A DNA stretch of 64,000 nucleotides from positions 96,001 to 160,000 of the forward strand of contig JBBISH010000001.1 of assembly GCA_037441385.1 (NCBI GenBank). The letters run 5' to 3'. The position numbers were made by a program, and so were the translations under genes. The notes below the pieces were generated by a model. That model worked only from the letters and a program-made list of their open reading frames with translations, was not told where the DNA came from and did not search any database. Position 1 is the stretch's first letter. Each line of letters starts with the position of its first letter. Below are positions 18,977 through 29,400 of this stretch, piece by piece. The DNA comes from Myxococcales bacterium. Lineage in GTDB: Bacteria > Myxococcota_A > UBA9042.

Positions 18977-19434
18977 TCCCACCAACGCTCGTCGGCTTCT
19001 TCCGCGTCTTCGTCGGGCTCGGCGTCCACGTCGTCGATGTCCAGGTCGTCGTCGTCTAGGTCATCGCTGCGCTTGCTGCGAGTTTCGTCGTCTTCGTCTT
19101 TGTCCAGGCCGACTTCGGCTTCTTCTTCTTCTTCTTCGTCGTCGACCGAATAGTCGTCGTCGTCGAAGTTCAGCTCGCGCTCGACCTCTTCCTCGTCGTC
19201 GTCTTCGTCTTCGTCGTCGTCGTCGTACGACTCGTCGTCCTCGTCGTCGTCGTCGTCGTCTTCAAAGTCCTCGTCGTCTTCGAAGTCCTCGTCCTCGTCG
19301 TCCCAATCGTCGTATCCAGCCCACAGCGGCACGGCCGGTCCAGGAGCGGGGGCAGCCACTTCCTGCTGCGGGAGCAGCCAGGCAGAGGCGTTGACCGCAA
19401 ACGGGCTCATCGAGGTGTCCTGGGTGATCGACAT
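18973..19434 (-). CDS. extremely acidic low-complexity protein
   Basis: GGAG RBS upstream of the ATG; 77 of the last 112 residues are D/E by hand count; stop overlaps the ctaB start (ATGA). Confidence 0.7.
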   Translation of the reverse strand: MSITQDTSMSPFAVNASAWLLPQQEVAAPAPGPAVPLWAGYDDWDDEDEDFEDDEDFEDDDDDDEDDESYDDDDEDEDDDEEEVERELNFDDDDYSVDDEEEEEEAEVGLDKDEDDETRSKRSDDLDDDDLDIDDVDAEPDEDAEEADERWWE

Positions 19435-19798
19435 GGCAACTCCTTGGTGCTCGTGCGAGGCCGTCTGCTCGCAGGGCCGCTTGTGCCGATTTTTCGACGC
19501 GGTGGCAAGGGGGGGTGCCGGCCACCGAGGGGCGATGCGCTGCAACGTGCTGGGACATACTAGTCGTCTTGACGACTTAGGCAAGGTGCCGCCGCGATCG
19601 CCACCGGCATTTTCGCGTCAGTCCCAGAGCCACGGCGCGGGCGTGATCGGGCAAGCAACGATGCCGCCGACCGTTTTTGCGCCTCGGCAGCCCAAGCGAA
19701 CTTGGTGTACACTGCCGCCAGCGCCGCACGATCGGCCGCGGAATCGGCCGCCCGATCCCGGCAGGCCGACATTCCGCCCCGCCCGGCAGAGGTAGCAG

Positions 19799-20881
19799 AT
19801 GATCCACAAGCAAGCGCAACCAAATGGGAATTTCAAGACCGATCTGGCGGCCCTGCGGCGTGTGCGCCTGAGCGAAGGTCGGGCTCCGCTGCTCGGCGCC
19901 GCGCTGGACGGGCTGTTCGATCTGCTGCGATCCGTCGATCTCGACCCGCGCCACGCGCTGGGCGCACGCAGTCCGGCCAGCATGCTCGAACGGTTGGCCA
20001 CGGTGGGCGACTGGCTGGACCACACGCCGCTCGACGTGGCCACGGTCGAGCAAGTGGCGAATCAATGCGGTTGGCAAGGCGTGGTCGGCACCCCGGCCGC
20101 GGGTGCGGATTGGGTCGATCGCTGGCTGACCCCCGAATTGCTGTTGGCGGTGGCCCAGTTTCCCCATGCGCAGCGCAGTCATAGTGGCGAGCGCGGGCCG
20201 TGGCTGCAGGCGGTGGCGGCCCTGACGGCGGTCGACGCCTATCGGCCACTGTTGGATGCTTCGCTGACGCCGGAAGAGCTTGAAGAGACGCCAGGTTGCC
20301 ATCTGCGTCCGGCCTTGGGCCGGCTGCTGCCGGCGGCGCGCTTCATGTCGGCCACGCTGGGCCTGGACGCGGTACTGGCGGCCGCCACGGGTGCAGCCCC
20401 CTTCGACGACGCGCTGGGAATGCTGCAGGCCGATGAGATCGAAGCTCTTTTGCTGGGCAATCACGCTCCAAGCGCGGCAAGGGCGCCACAGCCATTTGGC
20501 GAACAAGATGCGGCATGGCTCGAAGACGCGCTGCTGGCGATGCTCTTCCGGCGGTCGCTCGCCAGCGGCGTGCCGCAGGCCCAGGCGTGGCTGCCTCCGG
20601 GCAGCGGACTGCGCTTCGACATGGCGCGCGCACAGTTGCGGACCATGGCGCCGGTGCCGCTGGATCACGCCGGCTTCGCCGACGCCGCGATCGGTCATCT
20701 GCCCTTGCCCGCGGGCGCCTGTGCCGCTCTGCAGCAGCGCGGCCTGCAAGCGTTGGACGTGCACCTGGAGCACCTGGAAGCGCTGGACGACTTGTTCGAT
20801 GTGATCTTTGAAATCTACGACGGCGAAGCCGACGAGGCGGTCCTGGAAGGCGATGGGTTCCACGTCGAGTTCGTCAAATAG
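19799..20881 (+). CDS. hypothetical protein
   Basis: Long ORF with GAGG upstream; no motif recognised. Confidence 0.6.
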   Translation: MIHKQAQPNGNFKTDLAALRRVRLSEGRAPLLGAALDGLFDLLRSVDLDPRHALGARSPASMLERLATVGDWLDHTPLDVATVEQVANQCGWQGVVGTPAAGADWVDRWLTPELLLAVAQFPHAQRSHSGERGPWLQAVAALTAVDAYRPLLDASLTPEELEETPGCHLRPALGRLLPAARFMSATLGLDAVLAAATGAAPFDDALGMLQADEIEALLLGNHAPSAARAPQPFGEQDAAWLEDALLAMLFRRSLASGVPQAQAWLPPGSGLRFDMARAQLRTMAPVPLDHAGFADAAIGHLPLPAGACAALQQRGLQALDVHLEHLEALDDLFDVIFEIYDGEADEAVLEGDGFHVEFVK

Positions 20882-20930
20882 TACGTAACAGTAGTACGTA
20901 ACAGTAGTACCTAACAGTAGTACGTAACAA
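20879..20930. repeat. AT-rich 13-bp tandem repeat x4 (TAGTACGTAACAG)
   Basis: Copies at 20879, 20892, 20905 (1 mismatch) and 20918 (1 mismatch), between convergent genes. Confidence 0.95.
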
Positions 20931-20952
20931 TCGAACCAGTATCGCGCTAGAA

Positions 20953-23016
20953 CTACTGAGTAATCTCGAACCTAGCGGTGTCCGTGCCCCACTGCTTTTC
21001 GGGCGCGTAGCCAAAGGGCTCGCCGCGGGTCTTGCTGAACACCTCGCCCATCAGGCGCTCTAGGGGCGAACCGCCGCGAGCGGCCCCGCGCGTGACTTTG
21101 AATTCCAGGGCGCGGAAGTCGATGTCGTCTTCGCTGGCGATGACCTTGAGGATCTCGGGGCCAGCCGGCGGCGTCATCCGGTACGGGAATGGAATCGCCC
21201 GCTTCTCGCCTGGTTTCAGCATATTGTCCCCAGGAACGTTAGGTAGCGGATAGAGGATGCTGATCGACCCATCGGCGCTGAGCTCGACGACGCTGAAGAA
21301 ACACGGCTTGGTCCCTTTGTTTTCCACGAACAACTGCACGATATCGTTGGCCTTGACCTTGCCGGTGCCGTCCTTGGCCACCATGCCATGATCCGCCGTG
21401 ATCTTGGGCCGTTTACCACCCGTTGGGAGCGTCTCGACCACCGCGTCGACCCGGTGCACGGTCAGATCGACCTCGAGCCGGGTCCCCACGTCGTTGTTTT
21501 CTAGCGCCATCACGCGCATCTTGCGGAATTGCGCCTCGATCGCCTGGCTGACGCGCAGATCGCGCTGCGGATCGTCCATCGCCACCGCGCCGGCCATCGG
21601 CTGGTTCTTGCCGCGCGGAATCGGCAGCGCCGTGCCATCGGCCCGCTGGATGCGCAAACCGCCGGATTCGACGTCCTTGGTCAGCAGCAGATCCCACTGC
21701 GGCAGCGCCGCGCTGGCAGCCTTGGCGGGCATCACCTCGACAAAAGGCAGCTTCTCGACCGTGGCCTGCAGCACGCTGGCCTCGGCGTCGAACGCCACCC
21801 GCACGCGCGCGGCTTGAACTTTGGTCAGGACTTCTTGGGCTTGCGACCCCTTGTCGAACAGCTTGGCATCCAGCCGCTCGCCGTCTTTGACCGGCACGCC
21901 GTAGCTCATGCCCAGTTCGACCCGCACGATCTTGACCCGTGCCAGCGGCTTGTCGCCGCCGATCGCCCGCACTTCCAGCTCGCTCCCCGGGACCAGGCCG
22001 TGCAACGACCCAGCCTCGATCGGCAGCTCGCCGTCGCCGTTGATGGGACGTACGCGGTAGAACTTGCTGGGCGCAGACCACTCGCCCGAGAAGAGGCGCT
22101 TGTCGGCATCGCCCTCGATCTGCGGGTTTTGGTCGCTCACGCGCACCACGATCTGTGCGCCAATGCGCTCGATCAGGTCGCGGTAAGTGGTACGCGGGCC
22201 GGCATCGTGCAGGGCCTGCACCAGCATCAGCGAGTAGGCGCCCATCGGCGCGCCCGACACCGGATCGCGGTCCTCATTCGCTTCTTGATCGGCGCGCACG
22301 GCCGAGATGAACACGTACCCTGCCCCTTTGGCGTCGCCCGCCGGGACCCAGGCGCCGGCCCCGTCCGCCTCGTTGCCGCGACGCTCGGCCGGCGGATGCA
22401 TGGGCCGGCTGCCGCGGGTGCGCATCTTGCGGGGATCGCCAGGCGCGCCGCGGGTCGCCGTGCCGGAGTGACACGAATCCAGCGAAATCACGATGTTGTC
22501 GGTCTTCTTGGCCGCCTGGGCGATCAGGCCACCCAGTTCGTCGTCGCGGATGTGGTTGGCGTAGTTCTTGATGCCCAAATTGTCAAAGGGTACCAGCGCT
22601 TCGTCGTAGCCGTCGGCTTCGTCCGGGGTACCGTTGTCGTCGGGAATCTGCTGGCCGTGGCCCGAATAGTGGAAGAACAGCACGGCGTCTTTGTCGGCCT
22701 TGTCGACCAGCTGCTTTTGAAAGGCCTCGACGATGGCCTTGTGCGTCGCCTGCTCGTCGACCAGCGTCAGCACGTCGAAGCCGCGCCGCTCCAATTCCGC
22801 TTTGATCAAGGTCACATCGTTGCGGCTGCCGTCCAGTTGCGACCATTGTTCGTGGGCCGGCACGGCGGGCGTGTAGCGCAGTCCGTAGTGCTCGATGCCC
22901 ACCAACAGCGCCAGCTTCTTGGGCCCTTCGGCGGCCTGCGCCGCGCGGATGGACGTGGGCGGCACAACCACCGCGGTGGCCAACAAAATCCCCAGAATCC
23001 ACTTGCCAACCTTCAT
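20953..23016 (-). CDS. secreted caspase-family (peptidase C14) protein with C-terminal DUF4384-like domain
   Basis: Signal peptide, KLALLVGIEHY, catalytic HYSGHG and DSCHSG, QNPQIEG, C-terminal DGSISILYP...GPEILKVIAS. Confidence 0.85.
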   Translation of the reverse strand: MKVGKWILGILLATAVVVPPTSIRAAQAAEGPKKLALLVGIEHYGLRYTPAVPAHEQWSQLDGSRNDVTLIKAELERRGFDVLTLVDEQATHKAIVEAFQKQLVDKADKDAVLFFHYSGHGQQIPDDNGTPDEADGYDEALVPFDNLGIKNYANHIRDDELGGLIAQAAKKTDNIVISLDSCHSGTATRGAPGDPRKMRTRGSRPMHPPAERRGNEADGAGAWVPAGDAKGAGYVFISAVRADQEANEDRDPVSGAPMGAYSLMLVQALHDAGPRTTYRDLIERIGAQIVVRVSDQNPQIEGDADKRLFSGEWSAPSKFYRVRPINGDGELPIEAGSLHGLVPGSELEVRAIGGDKPLARVKIVRVELGMSYGVPVKDGERLDAKLFDKGSQAQEVLTKVQAARVRVAFDAEASVLQATVEKLPFVEVMPAKAASAALPQWDLLLTKDVESGGLRIQRADGTALPIPRGKNQPMAGAVAMDDPQRDLRVSQAIEAQFRKMRVMALENNDVGTRLEVDLTVHRVDAVVETLPTGGKRPKITADHGMVAKDGTGKVKANDIVQLFVENKGTKPCFFSVVELSADGSISILYPLPNVPGDNMLKPGEKRAIPFPYRMTPPAGPEILKVIASEDDIDFRALEFKVTRGAARGGSPLERLMGEVFSKTRGEPFGYAPEKQWGTDTARFEITQ

Positions 23017-23187
23017 CGTCATCCTCGTCTTTGGCCCGGGCCCCGTTGCGTTGCTGGCGGGCAGGCGTTGGACGCGCTGACCCGGCTGCGGGATCTGCCG
23101 CCGTGCCGTGCTGCCGTGGTGCGGCCTTGGTTGGATGGTGCGCACAACTGGGCGCGCCGGCAAGTCCAGTTGCTGCAGATCCAGTCC

Positions 23188-23215
23188 TTGACAGGCGGAC
23201 ACCCCATCCTAGCTT
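23188..23215 (+). promoter_or_regulatory. sigma70-like promoter facing groES (TTGACA-N16-TAGCTT)
   Basis: Consensus -35 hexamer and a TAnnnT -10; same architecture as the promoter upstream of nfuA. Confidence 0.45.
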
Positions 23216-23345
23216 GCGTTCGCCGTGGCCGGTGGTGGCCGGCGGCATCGCAGACGGTCTGCTGCATTCTTGCATAAGTTCAGCACGTTGCGCCAACGCA
23301 GCGCCCGACCGCCAAGCACTGCGACACATCTCTCTAGGGTTCCGC

Positions 23346-23371
23346 GTCGGTCCCCAGGGTCGGTCCCCAGG
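23346..23371. repeat. 13-bp tandem duplication (GTCGGTCCCCAGG x2) in the groES leader
   Basis: Read directly from sequence. Confidence 0.85.
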
Positions 23372-23454
23372 GCGACGCGCAGGGCAAAACCGGGCAAGCG
23401 GCCCACACCAGCCGGGCACTGTCGCGTAGCAGAGTCCCGAAACAGAGGAAGGAT

Positions 23455-25453
<1,999 letters not shown>

Positions 25454-25473
25454 CTCTGTCCGCGACAGGTAGA

Positions 25474-25522
25474 CCGGTGGGCACGTCGGAGCAAGCAAGC
25501 CGGCGTGCCCATTGGCATTTTT
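25474..25522 (+). terminator. probable intrinsic terminator after groEL
   Basis: 16-bp stem (25474-25489 with 25500-25515, including GU pairs) followed by CATTTTT. Confidence 0.6.
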
Positions 25523-25538
25523 GCACGAGGATGGCGAC

Positions 25539-25931
25539 ATGAACCCGCCCAAACCGATCGAATTGTTCGCCTTTTACCACCTGGGCCTGGACTCGGACGG
25601 CAGCTACAAGTTTCGCAACCTGAGCGACTGCGCCCGCCGCTGGAAGGTGGATACCGCCACGGTGCAGCGGTGGCTGCAGGATGCCCACATCGATCCGGCC
25701 ACGGTGAAGTCGGTGCCCTTCAACTTGACCCGCTACCACGTGGACGCCCAGTTCGTCCGCGCCGAGCAGCAAGAGCAGTTGATCCGCGACGCGTGGCAGG
25801 GCTATATGGCGGAACTCAAGCGGTCGCTGCGCAACGGCCGCGGGGGAGCGCCCGACTTCCACTTCGACATCGATTACGAAGACGTATGGGAAGACGGCGC
25901 GCGGCGCGCCCAGGCCGACGACGACGAGTAG
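25539..25931 (+). CDS. hypothetical protein, possible HTH
   Basis: GAGG RBS; NLSDCARRWKVDTATVQRWL resembles a helix-turn-helix. Confidence 0.6.
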   Translation: MNPPKPIELFAFYHLGLDSDGSYKFRNLSDCARRWKVDTATVQRWLQDAHIDPATVKSVPFNLTRYHVDAQFVRAEQQEQLIRDAWQGYMAELKRSLRNGRGGAPDFHFDIDYEDVWEDGARRAQADDDE

Positions 25932-25974
25932 CGGCAACCCGGCGCAGGTCCTACAGCTTGGTCAGGGGGACGGC

Positions 25975-26400
25975 ATGGCAAAGACGGGTGAGTTTCAAGC
26001 AGTGCAAACCATGGCCGCCCCGGCGGCAATCGGCCCATATAGCCAGGCCATCGCCGTGGATCAGCCCGGGCGCTGGGTGTTCCTGAGCGGCCAGGTGGCG
26101 CTGGATCCGGTGAGTGGGGTGCTGCTGGCCGGCGACGTGGCTGCCCAGACCGAGCGCGCCATGCTGAACCTGCAAGCGGTGTTGCGCGAAGCGGGCGGCG
26201 ACCTGCGCGATTTGGTGAAGGTCGGAATTTTCTTGGCCGACATCAACGACTTTGTGGTGGTGAACCAGGTCTATTCGCGCTTTGTGCAGCAGCCATACCC
26301 GGCGCGCGCCACAGTGCAAGTGGCCCGGCTGCCGCGCGACGCCGCTGTCGAGATCGACGGTATCGCCTGGATCGCGAGCACGCCGCGCCCGCTGCCGTAG
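25975..26400 (+). CDS. RidA/YjgF-family reactive intermediate deaminase
   Basis: APAAIGPYSQA, SGQVALDP, PARATVQVARLPRDAAVEI. Confidence 0.93.
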   Translation: MAKTGEFQAVQTMAAPAAIGPYSQAIAVDQPGRWVFLSGQVALDPVSGVLLAGDVAAQTERAMLNLQAVLREAGGDLRDLVKVGIFLADINDFVVVNQVYSRFVQQPYPARATVQVARLPRDAAVEIDGIAWIASTPRPLP

Positions 26401-26490
26401 GCCAAAATCCTGTGACAATCCAAGCTTGAGCCCTGTCCTCTGACGCCGCACACTGTACGGGCGGGCAGCACTGTCCCGGGGCGGTCGAGC

Positions 26491-29400
26491 ATGCTGGGAC
26501 ACGGCGGGTGGGTTGCACGCCCCTTTGGTACAGGCGGGGCCAAAATCCCAGCGCGCGGCGGCCGACTTGCACTGGCCTGGATGCTGTCCTGGACGCTGGC
26601 CTGGACAGGGCTGGTCTTTGGCGGCTGTGGCAGCGATCCCACGCCGACCTCGGCCGACCTCGCGGCCCAAGCCAGCGACATCACTTCGACGGACACCCCA
26701 GCCCCAGCCGACACCAGCGCCGCCGACGTCGCGCTGGCCGATGCCGCGTCGGTCGAGTGTCTGTCGGCCGCCGACTGCGCGGCCCCGGCCAACCCCTGCC
26801 TGGTGGCGCAGTGCAGTGCGGGCAAGTGCACAGAAGCACCTGCCGTTACTGGCGTTTGCGAAGACGGCGATCCTTGCACCGTCGCCGACCACTGCAGCAG
26901 CGGCCAATGCGTCCCAGGCCTGGACGTGTGCGCGTGCCATAGCGACGCCGAGTGCCCCGACGACGGCAACGCCTGCAACGGCAAGCCGATTTGCGACACG
27001 GCGATCTTGCCCCACGTCTGCCGAGTGCCACTAGAAACCGTCCCCAATTGTTCCAGCGACGCGGACAGCGAGTGCAGCAAGAACGCCTGCAACTCAGAGA
27101 CGGGCGCATGTGGCATGGCAGCCGTTGAACATACACTGCTGATGTGCTCGGCCAGCGGCTGCGTCCGCGTCATGACGACCGCGCTGATGGCCGCTGGAGT
27201 CTGCGACGACGGCAATCCGTGCACGGCCGGCGACGTGTGCAAAGGGGGCCAGTGCAAGGCGGGCCTGGATGTCTGCAACTGCAGCAGCGACGCGGACTGC
27301 CCAGACGATGGCAACTTGTGCAACGGCGTAGCCTATTGCGACAAAGCCAAGCTGCCGTGGTCCTGCCACCTCAAACCATTCAGCAAAGTGGTCTGCAGCA
27401 CGGGCGGGGACTCGGCCTGCCTAAGAAACGTGTGCGATCCCACCAAAGGCGAGTGCTCGCTGCAGCCCAGCGAGAATTTGACCTGGACCTGCGCCGACGG
27501 CAACTGCGCCTGGGCCGTTTTGCCGCCCGGCAGCCCCACTTCCAGCGTAGCGTGTAGCGATGGAAACGCCTGCACCAGCGGCGATTTCTGCGCGAGCGGC
27601 GCGTGCAAGGCGGGCCAAGAAAGCTGCAGTTGCAGCAGCGACGCCGACTGCGCCGCCCAAGAAGACGGCGACGTCTGCAACGGCACACTGTTCTGCAACA
27701 AAGCGACCGGGGCCTGCCAGCTCAACCCCGCCACCGTCATCCAGTGCCCCACCGCCGACGACACGGCCTGCCAAAAGAACGTCTGCTACCCCAAAACGGG
27801 CGTCTGCCAGCCCGCGTCCGTAGAGAAAACCACCCAAGTTTGCGACGGCAACGTGTGCACCTGGCACCTTTTGCCGCCGGGCAGCCCTTCGCCGGGCTCG
27901 GTTTGGTGCGACGACGGCAACCCCTGCACCCAAGGCGAGGCCTGCATCGCCGGCCAATGCGCAGGCGGGACGAACACTTGCGCCTGCAAGAGCGACGCCG
28001 ACTGCAAAGGTTTGGACGACGGCGATCTGTGCAACGGCGTCATGTACTGCGACAAAGCCAAGCTGACCTGCGTGTTGAACCCGGCCAGCGTCAAGCCCTG
28101 CCCCACGGTGGGCGACACGGCCTGCCAAAAGAACGCCTGCCAACCCCTGACCGGCCTGTGCAGCGCCACACCCGTGGGCAAGGTCAAGCAAGCCTGCGTC
28201 GCCCTGCCCGACAGCAGCACCGTCTGCGTGATCGAGGTCAAGGCCGACGCCGAGACCCAGGGCATCGTCTGCGACGACGGCGATCCCTGCACGGCCGGCG
28301 AAGTCTGCGAGGCCGGCGCCTGCACGGGCGGCAAGAAGACCTGCACCTGCAAGACCGACAGCGATTGCGCCGGGTTAGAAGACGGAGACGCCTGCAACGG
28401 CACGCTGTACTGCAACAAACAAACCGGCGACTGCGCCTGGAACCCGGCGACGGTGGTCAGCTGCCCCTCGGCCGCGGACACGGTCTGCCTCAAGAACGCC
28501 TGCGACCCCAGCAGCGGCCAATGCGTGGCCAAAGCCGTGGAGCTGACCAAGAAAGTCTGCGATGTGCAAAGCGGTTGCCGGCTGGAGGTCAGCCTGGCCG
28601 GCAGCCCCACCAGCACCTGCGAAGACGGCGACCCGTGCACCAAGGGCGACGTATGCGGCGCGGGCCAATGCCAGTCCGGCGTTTTTGTCTGCGAATGCGC
28701 AAGCAGCGCCGATTGCGCCAAGAAGGACGACGGCAACCTGTGCAACGGTGTGGCATTTTGCGACAAGAGTGTGGCAGGAAGTCCCACTTGTGCGGCCAAC
28801 CCGGCCTCGGTCGTCGTGTGCCCGGCCACCGGCGAGCTCTGCGTGGGCAACACCTGCGACCCCGCCACCGGCAAGTGCGGCAAAGTGGCCGCCAACGAGA
28901 AGAAATCGTGTGACGACGGCACCTTGTGCACCACGGCCGACCAATGCACTGGCGGCCAGTGTCTGGGCACGGCGATCGACTGCAACGACGCAAGTGCTTG
29001 TACCAACGACAGTTGCTCGCCGCAAACCGGCTGCGTCCATGTGGGCAGCAACTGCGACGACGGCAACGGCTGCACGGCCGACCTTTGCGACGCCAAATCG
29101 GGCTTGTGCGTGCACGACGCCACCAGCCTCACCGCCAAAGCGTGCAGCGACGGCGACCCTTGCACCCTGAGCGACTCCTGCCAGGCCGGCACTTGCACGT
29201 CGGGCGCACCCGTGATCTGCCCGGCCACCAGCAAGCCCTGCACGGTGCCGGTGTGTGTGGCCCAGCCTGGCGCGACCTACCAGTGCGTCACCGCGCTGGC
29301 CAAAGACGGCGCGGCCTGCGGAGATGGCAAAGCGTGCACGTTGGACGCCACCTGCCAGGCGGGGACGTGCAAACCGGGCACGGTAGAGCGCTTGGGTTTT

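Noticed and set aside
20879..20930. CRISPR array
   Set aside because: Units are contiguous 13-mers with no spacers, and no cas genes are present
23187..23210. sigma32 heat-shock promoter (CTTGAC...CCCCATCCT)
   Set aside because: The spacer is only 9 bp, too short for sigma32; a sigma70 reading fits better
23413..23440. CIRCE (HrcA) operator before groES
   Set aside because: GGGCACTG-N10-GAGTCCCG only loosely resembles TTAGCACTC-N9-GAGTGCTAA; spacing and arms are wrong
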